A stretch of DNA of 64,000 bases from Eledone cirrhosa (taxonomy: Eukaryota), in NCBI GenBank assembly GCA_964016885.1, contig OZ024745.1:122264001-122328000 (forward strand), written 5' to 3'. A program made the position numbers and the translations under genes. Numbering within the stretch: the stretch's first letter is position 1; every line of letters starts with the position of its first letter. The notes beneath the pieces are model-generated. The model had not been told where the DNA came from. It was given only the letters and a program-made list of their open reading frames with translations, and made no database searches. This document shows positions 12,173 through 25,429 of this stretch, in pieces.

Positions 12173-14860
12173 GAGGTTAAAGCATAACATTACTGATTCC
12201 ATATTAATGGAATTGCTACAGCCATCATGTTGTCCTCATAGGAAAGGCATGTTTCGATGTAGATACAGGCATTTTATGCTTAAATAGTTTTTACTACAAG
12301 GAGCATTTACCTGTAAAACCTCCTGATATCATGATACAACTTTCACGTTAATAATAACTGAATATGGCCAAATGAACAATTTAAAAACGTCATTCCTCTT
12401 GCTAGTTATCTCCCTTATTCAATGTATTCTTCAAAACATTTTTTTTTTTGGTAGTAGGATTTTGTTATTGCTTACACAGTTAAAAGAAATTAATTTTATA
12501 ATTTATTTATTTTTATGCTGGCTATGTAAATTTCTCACTTTTTTTCTTTAGACTGAATTAGATTTAGCATCAACGTGTGTCTTCCGTGCTTAAAATTCAA
12601 TTTTCCCCTTCTCTTTTTTTTTCTGCTATTTATTTTGTCCTACAGATAGTATAGTAATGCATTGCTAGGAGAAGTAGTTGCAAATATGGTTTTGAATGGC
12701 TTTTCTATCTATTTATTCAAATTGATTTCTTTATTTTTTTCTATTTTGTTTATAATTTCGGGTTTTGAAAAAAAAAAAAAAAATTGAGTGTGGGGGGTGG
12801 GGGTGGATAGTTCCTATTCTAAATATTTTTTATAGTTAGTGTGAGTCAGCTCAATTGATTTGAAATAAGAGAATTCTGTGTGCAGCTGTAACTAGTATTT
12901 TGTATAGTATATCAGCTAATGTTTGTGTGGCCTAATTTTCAAGTAAGTCACATTATCATATAAAAGTATCACTGTCAAGAGCACAAACACTCAGAAACAG
13001 CCTGGTTATAAAATTTTCCTTTAGAAGATTTGCATTGTGTTTGTTTAGATATCAATTGTATATGGGTTTGTAGTTGAATATTTAATCCAACCAACTCAAA
13101 AACCTTGAGGGTTATTTATAACTAATCCAAGCAATTAATGACATAATTCTGATGGTTATAATTTCCTTGTAACTTCTTTATGGTTGTGAATTGGCAGAGT
13201 TGTTAGAACGTTGGATTGAATGCTTTATTATTCGTTCCAGCTCTTTGCTCTCTGAGTTCAAATCCTGCCGAGGTCAACTTTGCCTTTCATCCTTTTGAGG
13301 TTGATGAAAAAAAGTACCAGTCTAATACTGAGGTCGATTCTTCCTCTATATCTCTTTCTCATTTCCTCTCTCTCTCTATATATATATCTTTCTCAGGCCT
13401 AAAATGCCCCCAAAATGCTGTATGTCAATACTACGCCCCTACGATTCCATCAGGAGTTATAGGACCATACATGACTTTACTTGACATACAGATCTCTCAC
13501 TCACTCTTTCTCTCTTTTATGTGTATACATGTGTGTAAGGAATGAGTGTCTGTGCATTCATTTATGTGTAGCTCTATAAAAGGCTCACATGATTCAATAT
13601 TTGGCAGTGACTGAATTCTGTTGTGTGTTAGAGGGCTGTTTTCACTGATCTTCTACATATTCTAATTATATTAACATAGTGAGCAAATATTTATGTTTTC
13701 TTTTCAATTCAATTTATTGAGTACAATAACTGGCCTAGTAAATATACTAACTAATGCATTATTGGTAAATGACAATTTTCTTCAGTTATGACACAGTCAA
13801 TATATTAAAGATCAGTCGTATACTTTTATTTATGGCTGCAAGTATTTCATTACAATCTTACTGTCAAACATTTTCCATGTAGTTAAATTGAAATATGAAG
13901 TTCTCTATTCTTTGTGTGTGATAGATAGAGGCTGTGATATATTCAATGTTATTGAGTTGTTAGGCTTTAAAATCATGTCCACATAGGTTTATAACAAACT
14001 AAAGTATTTTAATTTTGATTCTCTCTATAATATTACACTATCACATCCTTCACTCTTGGTGGCACATTTAAATACTGTTGGGATATGTTTCTAATGCACA
14101 CCTGAACCAGTTTCAATAGATTTTCTGTGGGTCATATTAGTGTAACTTGGTGGGTTGATGACAAATTTCTCTTGTAACCTTTCAGATATTATACCCAAAA
14201 GCTTGAGGATAATGAGTGAGTTTTGCTTCATTTTTTTTTTGTTGTATTTATGTATATATGTACTGCGCTGTACCACATATATACATATTTATATATATAT
14301 ATATAATGTTTATATATCAATTCATTAAACATTCAAAACACTGCATGCTTTTTTTTTAACCTCTGCTTTTGCTGCCTCATCATTTCTTCAACACTTCACA
14401 TTGCATGGTTTCATTTCTTTTTTAATACTTTGATATAAATATGATTGTCAATTATTCAATTGTACATTTGCCTACAGTTTCAGCTATCTATAATATAGAT
14501 TATCTGAAGAAATCTAACCACTTCATCTTCAGTTACAACATACATTGCCACTCCGTTAGAAAGAACCCACAAAAAGGCAGTGATGTTAACTTGTATATAA
14601 ACAAGAAGTGTAAATCAACAGGTTAAGATTAACTTTGTTTATTCATAGTCACTGTTATATATATTTTGGTGATAACCATTATGCAACAGCTATGACCTCA
14701 TCAGACAGCTAGAATTTGAACAGAAGAAACAGAAAAACATAATGATGGAATAAAGCTGACTTCTGTTATTTCGATTTTTTTATATTCTCAGTGCTGGAAT
14801 TTGGTGTTGTTTTCTCAAAACACCAGTCGCAGTGTGTGTGTAATAATAATTATTGTTATC

Positions 14861-15476
14861 AGTAGATTGGCAGTATCGGTAGAGCATCAGATATGCCTTG
14901 CAACATAAAGTTACGTCTCTTTACGCTCTGAGTTTAAATCCCACCAAGGTTAGCGTTGCCTTTCATCCTTATGGGGTTGATAAAATAAAGTACTAGTAAT
15001 GCAATTAATCAACTTTCCCCTCCCCCAAAATTGTTGACCTTGTGCCTATATCAGAAACCATTATTGTTATCATAAGGATGGTGAATTAGTAGAATGATTA
15101 AAGCATCGAGCAGAATACTTTGCAGATAGTTTCCAAGTTCAAACTCTGCCAAAAATTAACTTCACCTTTCATCCTTCAGCTGTTGATAAAATAAAGCACC
15201 AGTAACAATCTGGGGCCAATTTAATCGCCTTTCCCCCTCCTCAAAATTGTTGGCCTTGTACCTAAATCAGAAATCATTATTATTAAGAGCAGTGAATTGG
15301 CAGTATCAGTGGAGGGTTGGACGCCATGCTTTCCAGCATAGTTACGTTCCTTTACAGTCAAATCTTGTCGAGGTTAACTTTGTCTTTCATCCTTAAGGGC
15401 TCGATAAAATAAAGTACCAGTAATGTACTGGGTAATTGCTGGCCTTGTGCCAAATGTAGAAAAAATTATTATTATT
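14861..15476 (+). mobile_element. Three tandem SINE family A copies
   Basis: Three successive ttggcagtatc...tttcatcc...aaataaag.accag...attatta units. Confidence 0.8.
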
Positions 15477-15964
15477 AGATGATACAACAAACTGTTGGTA
15501 TTTGCTGTTTTGTTTAATTTCTTACAGATCAGAAGAAATAATATTTACAATTTATAAAACAATCAATTTATTTAAACTGTAATTGTTAATTGTACATCTT
15601 TCTCTTAATATACAGCTAGATACATAGTAGTATTTTAGTTGTTGCACAAATAGTATAATCACTGCCTACTTTTCTAGGATAGTTACCTCACAAGAAACCT
15701 CACAAGAAATTTGATGTTTACATTTTGCAATATAACCAAGGACATACTGCAATAAATGTAAATCTTTTCTTTTTTTTTTTTTGCATCATTTGCAGATTTA
15801 CTGCACTTTACTTCTGCAAGTTCTCTACTAAATTTGTGCTGAATCTTGTTTATTCCATATTTCTTTGACAGTCAGTTAAACTGGAATTGTGAATGGACTT
15901 TTTTTCCCTCCGATATATTTTAAATTTTTAATGTAAGCATGTTTGTACTCTTTGTTTTATACAG

Positions 15965-15979
15965 TCTTGACAACATGAA
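15965..15979 (+). CDS. Candidate 15-nt symmetric microexon (H)LDNM(K), phase 2-2
   Basis: tctttgttttatacag acceptor, aa|gtatga donor; preserves frame between 7912 and 27450. Confidence 0.4.
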
Positions 15980-16048
15980 GTATGAAAACCAGATTAAAAA
16001 AAGAAACAAAAGAAAAAACCTTTTTGCTGTAATTCTAATTCATATTAT

Positions 16049-16424
16049 TAGTGGAATGGCAGTATCAGTAGAGGATTGGGCGCCATGCTTTGCAGCATAG
16101 AGTTACGGCCCTTTATGATCTGAGCTCAAATCCCGCCGAGGTTAACTTTGCCTTTCATCCATACGGGGTCGATAAAATAAAGTACCAGTAATGTACTGGG
16201 GTAATTGCTGGCTTTGTGCCAAAAGTAGAAACAATTATTAGTGGATTGGCAGTATCTGTAGACTGTCAGACATCATGCTTTGCAGTATAGTTATGGCCCT
16301 TTACGTTCTGAGTTCAAATCCCACCAAGGTTAACTTTACTTTTCATCCTTACAGAGTCAATAAAAAAGCACCAGTAAAGCACTGGGGTAATTGCTGGCCT
16401 TGTGCCAAACGTAGAAACAATTAT
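16049..16424 (+). mobile_element. Head-to-tail dimer of SINE family A; single copies also at 33531-33717 and 59464-59655, partial at 22258-22377 and 47295-47397
   Basis: Junction agaaacaattatt|agtggattggcag. Confidence 0.85.
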
Positions 16425-16459
16425 TTGTGTTACAACCACACAACTCTTCTACTTTCATT

Positions 16460-16470
16460 ACACACACACA

Positions 16471-16525
<55 letters not shown>

Positions 16526-16578
16526 AGACACAGACACAGACACACACACAGACACACACAGACACACACACACACACC
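16460..16578. repeat. (CA)n/(CAGACA) compound microsatellite
   Basis: Direct reading. Confidence 0.95.
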
Positions 16579-16772
16579 TGCATGTGTATTTAAAATTTCA
16601 TGCTCTTAACATTTTTTTGTCCTGGAACCTGATAAGAGGCGAGTTTTTAAACTGCTTCCCCACTATACAGTGGTGGCCATAACTGGACTCCAAAACTTGA
16701 GGTCATGTATCCATGACCTCTCTTGCAATAGATTGAGCATCATTTTTCTTGACCTTTTATCTACAGATATCC

Positions 16773-16815
<43 letters not shown>

Positions 16816-16816
<1 letters not shown>

Positions 16817-17332
16817 ATATGTTGAAAAGGTAACACACTAGAGAGAGATACAGTGCGCTATCAATAAAACAGGGAAAGACCACCAGTGTATGGAATCTAT
16901 AACCTATGAAAGGCAGAGTATACACACGATAATTAAAAATATAAATTAAAGCGTGAATAAATACCTCTATAACTATATAATACACGTACTGCCCTGCCCT
17001 TAAACACGCTGTGACTTCTCTCTCCCACGTGTAGCTGGACGGTCACTTTAAAAATTCTCTTAGTGTTGTCTGAAATGTATAGCCTTACACACGCTGATGA
17101 ACCGGGGTTATTTCATTTCTGTCAACAACTTACTGGTGAAACAGATCACTTTGGATTTGTACGTGTGTTATATAGTTATAGAGATATTTATTTATGCTTT
17201 AATTTATATTTTTAATTATCGTGTATATACTCTGCCTTTCCTAGGTTATAGATTCCATACACTGGTGGTTTTTCCCTGTTTTATTGATAGCGCACTGTAT
17301 CTCTCTCTAGTGTGTTATCTTTTCAACATATT
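16816..17332. repeat. ~174-bp inverted repeat (16816-16989 / 17159-17332) in a (TA)n-flanked Penelope/retrozyme-like element (~16776-17437)
   Basis: Arms are reverse complements with few mismatches; TA arrays on both sides. Confidence 0.9.
17087..17168 (+). ncRNA. Complete type I hammerhead ribozyme
   Basis: Stem I acacacg/cgtgtgt; CTGATGA; stem II accgg/ctggt; GAAA; stem III cagatc/gatttg; GTA triplet, predicted cleavage after 17161. Confidence 0.8.
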
Positions 17333-17564
17333 TATTTTAAAGAGCTCAGGATTTCCTCTCCTTTGAGCACATTATTTACAGGGAATGACGAGAGTCTATG
17401 GCTCCGTTAATTTATCGTGATATATATATATATATATGCAGCGAGACACGGTCACCCAACCTACCTTGCCTCTAGTGGGACAACTCCCGTCTAACCCATG
17501 CTAGCGTGAAAGATGGACATTAAAAGATGATGATGATGATATATATATATATATATCCTCCCCC

Positions 17565-17985
17565 TCATCATCACCGTTTAATGTCCACCTTCCATGCTAG
17601 CATGGGTTAGAGGGGTTGTCCCATTTGGGTCAGGTGATCGTATCCTGCTCATACAGAACTGTTTTTGGCTAGATTTCTATGGCTGGATGCTCTTCCTAAC
17701 GCCAACCACATTTACGGTGTGTTTACTGGGTGCTTTTTACTGTGACACCTACCCGACCATTTAACAGTGTGGACTGTGCTTTTTGCCATGACACCTACAC
17801 GACCACTTTAGAGTGAATCCTGGGTGCTTTTTGTTGTGACACCTACATGATCACTTTACAGTATAAACTGGGTGCTTTTTGTCCTGATTCCTACATGACC
17901 ACTTTACAGTGTCGGCTGGGTGCTTTTCATTGACTCCTACACGACTACCTTACCATGCAGGCTGGATGCCTTTTTGTGATACCAA
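17565..17985 (-). mobile_element. RTE 3'UTR-derived element with ~6 internal 48-bp repeats
   Basis: Reverse of the 5648-6032 type; related copies at 36490-36862 (+) and 50536-50780 (-). Confidence 0.75.
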
Positions 17986-18077
17986 CATAAATTTAGAGTG
18001 GAAGGGTGGTGTGGGTGTGTGGGTGTGTGTGTGTGGGGGGGGGGTGTATTGGAGGGAGTATTCATATATATTCAAAC

Positions 18078-18114
<37 letters not shown>

Positions 18115-18599
18115 TTCATGTGTGTGTATGTATGGATTTGTGTTTGTACATATATTGTATATGTGTGTACATGTATGTATATTTGCATTAGAATTTTGAC
18201 TCGGATTTACATTACTATAAGTTTCAGTGACACATACATCATGTCATTGTTGAGATGTGATAACACTGTGCTGGTGATGTGGCCACAACTTCTAAATAAA
18301 TTATATCGTTATTACTTGATATCAGCCAGTTTGGGCCACTTGGTGGGAAGCACATTGGAAACTCATAGATGCTGTAGCATCTAGTGAGCAGCTTCCATAT
18401 AGTAAGATTTATTGAATTAAATAAGATTGTAAGATTGATGGAAGTGAAACATGGACACTTTCATCCAAGCAACAAAAGTGCCTTGACGGCACCTACACTA
18501 CTACTACCACCTTTATGGCACCTACACTACCACTACTACCTTGATGGCACCTACATTTGTCTACTTCGATGCATTCAAAACATAATCTGGTGACATCTG

Positions 18600-18840
18600 A
18601 CTGAAAGAAATATATGCCGGCTTCCCACATATATCTGATGTTGTATGTAAATGGAAAGGAAGATTTGCTGGCCACTGCCATCATGCCACCTCTGAGGCTG
18701 TGTCCCCATTAGTGCTCTGGAGGCCACAAGCAGTCACTAATAACAGGGGGCACAAGCTCTCCTATCCCAATGTCATCTCCAGAGATTCTGGTATTGAATC
18801 CAGGACTTGGCAATGAGCGACAGATCCATGTGGAGATCAA
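18600..18840 (+). mobile_element. Old RTE-like LINE 3' fragment
   Basis: FAGHCHHATSEAVSPLVLWRPQ...LSYPNVISRDSG. Confidence 0.5.
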
Positions 18841-20224
18841 TTGTTGAGTTGATTTCAGCTGAGGCCACTGCATGAGTGAGCAGCTGCTGGGTGACAGATA
18901 ATTCTAGTACAGTAAATGAAGTAGTCTGCCTTGTTCTCACTAGTGATTCCAGTGAAATTAAAATTTAAAATTTCATTAAAACATATGGAATAGACTTCAC
19001 ATCTCATGGCTAACAGAAACCCCTCTTGTATGAAAGTTTGGTTTTCTTGTTATAAGATACAGTAGGTTTTTGCAGTATGTGCAGCTTCTCATACAGTCAA
19101 GTGCAGTGGGTGAATAAGAAGAGATGTTGTTGACAATGTTCCTGGTTATATTGGACAGGTCATTTTCATAGTATTGAAACTCCTAGATAAAATGGGACAG
19201 GGTGATGCAGTCTTCCCTATCTCTGATTCTAAAGGAGTGTATATGCTCAGTGTATCTTACTTCAGTCATTCGCTGTAAGTGCTGAGTAATTCATTGAGAT
19301 ACCACCAGATAGAGTAAAAGCCACCATTTATGTATGCAATTAGTTTTTGTCTAGTATGTTGATTTTTGCCATAAATGTTTCTACCTGTTGTAGCATGCAA
19401 TCTTTGAAGTACTTCTATACGTGTGTGTGTGTGTGTGTGTGTGTATATATCTATACAGGCATGTCAATGTGGTTAAGAAGTTCAATTCTTAATGGCGTGT
19501 GTGTGTCTATGTATGTTTGTGTTTATGTTGTGTCTCATTGTTTTGTAACTTAGAGGTTTGACAAATAAGGGTTGATAAAATAGTATCAAACCCTGAAATA
19601 AATACTGTGTTCGGGATGATGATCTAAATGTTTGAAAGTGATGCTTCAGCATGGTCACAGTTTAAAATAACTGAAACCAGCAAACATTTTTTTTAAATGA
19701 AAGGAATATACACTAGCAAGACGCAAGGAAATTCCACGGACAAAAGAATGAAGAGGAGCTATTTAAGAGATGTTCGTCTAGTTGTATATTATCTCTTCTC
19801 TCATGTTGGCTTAGTCTACCTTGTTCTTCATTCATTTCCTCACATCTCTGTACACATACACGCACACAAAATACACACATACACTCACACAAACACTCAC
19901 ATACTCTCACACAAGTGTAGCTAATCTTGGAACACTCATCGCTATAGCGTTTCACCAGCCCTTCCTTCCTCAATCATTACATAGATGTATGTGTATGTAA
20001 TAATTATTTTGTATGATGTATCTGTTTATGAATATGTATGAGTAAATGTGTGTATGTTTGTGTGTGTGCTTGTACTTCTGTTGTTTGTATATCTGTTTAT
20101 GTATTTATAATAATAATGAAAATATTGTGTACAGTGCTCAGGTGCACTACAACTCATCATGTGTAGATGTATGTGTGTGTGTCTGTATGTTTGCACTTTT
20201 GTTGTTTACATATATATATATATA

Positions 20225-20714
20225 CTAGCCAAATTACCTGCGCCTTGCTGCATTTCACACATTTTTTTTGTAAGAGAATGATGATTGATTTTAAATCAGT
20301 GATATAATTTATGGAGAAAAACTCTGCATTTCAATATTACTCAATGTAAAATGTAATGCATGAAAAATTGGAAAACATTATTTTTATAATATATCAAATC
20401 AAAATTACATTATTAAATCTTATTCTTATTTTGTTTCTTGTAAATAATTTTTTTCAAAATATCAATTCAAAACTTTTGTGAATAGGCATCACATCTTGTC
20501 ATTTACCTATGGTTTAAATTTCATATAAATCTAAGAGAAAAAATTTTCACCAGGGGTTTGAGCCCCCGGGGAACTCTTTGGTTAAAATGAAATATATGTA
20601 AGAAATCAAATGGGCATGAGCCCCACATGCGTGTCAAGCTTCATCAAGATCGGTTGGGTAGTTTTTGAGTTTTAAGTTCAGAAACAGAAAGAAATTGCCG
20701 TTTATGTATATAGA
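20225..20714 (-). mobile_element. Non-autonomous Helitron
   Basis: On - strand begins a|TC and ends CTAG|t with a GC-rich subterminal segment (gcagcaaggcgcagg); no TSD. Confidence 0.6.
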
Positions 20715-21176
20715 TGTGTGTGTATCTTTGCACCTCTGTTGTCTATGTATCTGTTCATGTATTTATGTGTAGATGTGTGTATATGTAAGTAAAGTGGTAT
20801 GTATGGACAAATGGATTAAACACACCAAGAATTATAAGATTTATCTCCAAAGAAGGTTATTTTCGAATCGGTTTTCATGAACATTTATTTAGTGGTTTCT
20901 TATATTTTCTTTGTATTTATTACCTCCTCATTTATCCCCATTTTGATTTTTCTTGTTGAAATTACATAAATTTGAAACCAAAAATATGTGATGTGCTGTG
21001 AAAATTTAATTTCTAATGGATACTAATGCTTTCAGCTTTAAAATTCCATTTTGGAATTCCATAATAAATTTTACTTGTTTTATATTTAGTAAGAGTATTA
21101 ATAATTAATATGGAACTCTCATAACACTTTTTTCTGCTTATTAGATTTACTTTTCACTAACCTTGTTTTTCTATAG

Positions 21177-21215
21177 ACCATTTTATATGCCTATCTCTCT
21201 TACAGTGAAATGGCC
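21177..21215 (+). CDS. Candidate 39-nt cassette exon
   Basis: actaac branch point, pyrimidine tract and tatag acceptor; gtgtgt donor; open in phase 2 (PFYMPISLTVKW). Confidence 0.3.
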
Positions 21216-21669
21216 GTGTGTTAAAGTACTAACATCTTTGTGAAAATGAAATATTAAATATTTTTCTAGCAAAAATGTTGATGTTTTATTGAAAAATCTG
21301 TTTTAAAGGAAAATGCTGTGCTATCATATTTTTTAAATTAAAATATAGACTTGGATTTTTGTAGCTAAGTAGTGATAGCTTATAAATTATAACTATGTGA
21401 TTACTGACACCAATATCCTTACCCATTAGAGATCAAGTATATAAAAGTATCAATTTCTTTAACTTCATTGTAAAAAGTCAGACAAATGTTGGTGAGATAG
21501 ATCCCTTGACAGAGAAACCAGAATATAATTTTGATAGTCCAAACCTTGTTAGCAGGGAAAGCGGACATTAAACGATGAATATGATGATGATGTTATTGTT
21601 CCCTTTAATATGACAATATCTGAAAATAATTAGCGAGCTGCAATGGATGAAAGATAATAAATGACCTAG

Positions 21670-22130
21670 TCTGTAGAAGCTGTCATAGTGATTCCCAACA
21701 TGGCCATTTAAGTCTCCTGCAATGATTAGAAAGTCATTGTCGTTTGTTAGAGCAGCAGTGTGCATTAGGGACTCGTAAAACTTATCTTTGAGTTTGTCAA
21801 CTCAGATTGGGGTGCGTATGCAGATATAATTGTAGCTATTGTTTTATTCGGGACTATTCTGAGTTTAATGGTTCTCACATTCACTCTGTTCACAGAGATT
21901 ACCTTATCTACCCATCAGCTAATAGGGTACCTACTCCAGCCACCCCATTGTCATATCCCACCCAGAAAAATTTGTTGCATGTTTTTTACCTCAAGGAGTC
22001 TAACTGACACTCCTCTCCAGTCTCTTGCACATAGCATATATTAATTTCCTTTCACTCTAACATCTGTACACATTTCACCTGTTCTTCCTTTCATTGTGCT
22101 CACGTTGATGATGCCAATTCGGAATTTGGG
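21670..22130 (-). mobile_element. RTE LINE AP-endonuclease fragment
   Basis: GIINVSTMKGRTGE near 22070-22120 and FLIIAGDLNGHVG near 21700-21740. Confidence 0.75.
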
Positions 22131-24361
22131 GCATTTATTGTCAGTGGTATGGAGGGTAGGTTTTTGCAGGGTTCGGGGAGGGTGTATGCTCTCTATATCT
22201 ACAATAAGGATTCGCATGGTCGCTTGGGAACACGTGGGTTCATATTATATTCAGGGTTGTTCAAATCCCGCCAAGGTTAACTTTGCCTTTCATCCTTACA
22301 GGGTTGATAAAATAAAGTACCAGTAATGCACTGGGGTAATTGCTGGCCTTGTGCCAAAAGTAGAAACAATTATTATTAAAAAGATACAATGTGATGGGAT
22401 ATTTTGAAACTAATCAATTGATCACATTAAGAGATTGAATAAAACTTTGGAGTGATAAGAATCAATCATACTACTGTATTATCATCTTCATTGATCTTAC
22501 TGGCATCATTCAATCTTTAATTCTTTTATAAATAGTGAGAATAGAAACTGAGTTGACTGTTTTGTGGGGAGATTTTAGACAAACCTTAGTTTGCAAGGAA
22601 AACAGATGTTGAATAATGAAAATGATGATGAAACTTGTATGTAGTGGTGGTGGTGGGGGTATGTATGTAGCAGTTATTGATTGACAAGATGCCAGACCTC
22701 ACTTACTTGCTGAATGGGGTGGAACTTGTCAAATTGGACCCAGGAATTAAAGTTTCCATTGGTCTTTCCATTGCTAATGTTATCTACCAGTTGCAACGCC
22801 AAGCAGAAAGAGCAACATAAAATAAATTGTCATGTTCAAGGACATAATGCATCACCCAGTCTGGGAATTGAACTCACAACAACTATGAATCCATTTCTCT
22901 AACCATGAAGCTACGTGCCTTCAGATTTGTGTATACAGGTGTAAAATAGTGAGTAAAGTTGTCAAAAGGTAGTTTAGCTATTCAACAATTATTGATTGAT
23001 AAGATAATAAAATATGTGTGAGGATTGATATGGTGAGCATGAACTCAATAACAGACTCAGCCCCACCTTTGGCCATACTCTGCCTCCTCTCACTGCATAT
23101 GTGAACACTACTACAGTGGCCTCTGCTCCTTAGAACCGGTTGGTCTTGTGTGCATTCTACTCAGGCACTCTAAACTCACTCTGCTCTCGTTCTTTACCTA
23201 TGCCCACTTTCCCTTAACCGATCAGGGTCTGCTTTAACCATTACACCCAGTCCTTCTTCCCCAAAATGTCAGGACCCCCCCCCCTCCACCCTAGCACACG
23301 TTTTTTTTTTCTTGCATCCATCAACTTGCTACAGTTTAAACAGAATGATGCCAGCATCAATTCCACCAGTAGTAGTTGTGCAAAGATCAGGGGCACATCT
23401 TCCTCCTCCAGAACAGAAAGACTGCTCTTTATTGTTTCCATCATCAGCATCTCATAATAACTAATACTAATATAACTAATGATGGTATTCTGCATAACAT
23501 TGTATGATTTCAAATTTTCTCAAGAACTAACATATTTCTTTTTACTAATTATTCTTTTCTGATTCATGATACTTTAACCCTTTAACATTTACATTACTCT
23601 ATATATACTATTGTATTTTCACATAATTACCTCATATAGTATCGAATCTATGAGATTTTGATATTATCTATTTTGAGAACAATACCTTAACGTCAGTATG
23701 AGCAGCTGGTTACAGCCGGTTTGAACAGAAAGAGGTGAGAGAATCCTGGTCGGATATGGCCAGTTCAAATCTTAAAAGGTTAAGCCATTTTCTTCTGTTC
23801 TTCGGTAACTTTGAAATAATAATGAACTATGTTTATAGTATTAAATTGTACACTAATCAGCTATGATATACCTTAGATTAATATCTGTATATATACAGTA
23901 CAGAGTTTAACTGGAACTCCATAAATGTTTATATAAATATGCATATTATGCCAAATTTGCATATTTCCCAATAAATTGAAAAACAATTATGAATTTTCAT
24001 AATCAATTTCCAACCCCAATTAGGGTTCTCATCAGAGTATATGTACATCAATCAGAAAGAAATATGTAGCTTCTGACCTTATAATGCCTTGTGTATATAG
24101 TAGTAATCATGAAAGGATGTACTAATTTGCATATTTAATTTGCATATTTTTAGTGCCTATATAAATTTAATGTTTTGTAGTATATCATTATTGAGAAAAG
24201 AGAAACCAAATTTCACTTTCTCACTTGTTTTTGTACCATAATCTGTTTCTTTAGTTTTTCTCAATTAACTGAAATTACTGCAAGGTTTTATTTTCCATTT
24301 GTGAATTACAACAAGACTGTCTATTGACAGAGTCATTAGAGTGTCAGATAATGCTTTATGG

Positions 24362-24646
24362 CAGAGACCCCCAACCTCTGGTCTGCAGGCTGGTACCGGT
24401 CCGTGGATTTGCTACTGGGCCGCAAAGAAATAACTTGTTTTAAATTATATAATAGATAAATTGAATATTGGACTTTAATTTAAAATGATTTACATGAGAG
24501 TCAAAAGATTATACACTTTTTCTTCCCTTTAATAAATTGCTTTCTTTATCGAAATGCACTTAAATAACACATGTGCAACTACCGGTCTGCGGAAAGATGG
24601 TCTGGCATGAGGCCAGTCTGTGGTATAAAAAGGTTGGAGACCACTG
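24362..24646. mobile_element. hAT-Charlie (MER1-like) MITE inserted in a family A SINE
   Basis: cagagacccccaacc / ggttggagaccactg TIRs; perfect 8-bp TSD ctttatgg. Confidence 0.85.
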
Positions 24647-25319
24647 CTTTATGGTTTTTGTTCTGGCTTTCTGCACTCTGAGTTCAAATGTCGCCTCGGT
24701 CAACTTCGCTTTTCATCCTTTCAAGATCAATAAAATACCAGTTCAATACTGGAGATTGATTCTTCCTCTATACTCTCTATCTCTATTTTTCTGGAAGAAA
24801 TCAAGTGGAGAGGGATGAGCTCCACCAGATTTAACTTCTCAGTGGTGTAGACGAGATAGTTCATCCTAACATGTATGCATTCTGTGCCGCAGACGAGATA
24901 ACTCGTTTCCAACAGTACATAACTTCATTTTACTGGCAAAAAAACCCGGCACAGCAACTGTAGCTGTGTAAAATATACGTAGCAGTCAACAGGTTAAATT
25001 GCCCAAGATACACTATATGTAATGACTCCACTAAATGTTAAGGGACCATGACATGACATGAAAGTCCCACTGTTGTAATTTTCTTTATGCATATTTGTTG
25101 TTATACCTTCTTAATTATTTCACAATGTAATTACTATTTGTAAAATGGTATTTTAATTTTTTATAAACAAAAAATAATACGTTGTTTGTAAAATGTCATT
25201 TAAAATGTTTTTAATTTCATTTTTTTTTGTTTATTTTTTAACTCACCAAAGATAGTTTTCTTATTCAGACATGTTAAAAGAAACAAAATTTACTTTCTTC
25301 TCTATTATTAATGAAAATC

Positions 25320-25429
<110 letters not shown>

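Noticed and set aside
14533-14753. Possible alternative terminal exons
   Set aside because: Weak acceptors and no recognisable peptide; cannot be distinguished from chance
16816-17332. Arm mismatches skewed to G-U pairs as a trace of A-to-I editing
   Set aside because: Too few sites, and equally explained by C-to-T decay
16275-18384. ORFs rich in HT, CV and IY dipeptides
   Set aside because: Translations of (CA)n, (TG)n and (TA)n microsatellites
24003-24040. Minus-strand CTGATGA..stem..GAAA
   Set aside because: Mismatch at the base of stem II and no convincing stem III or stem I
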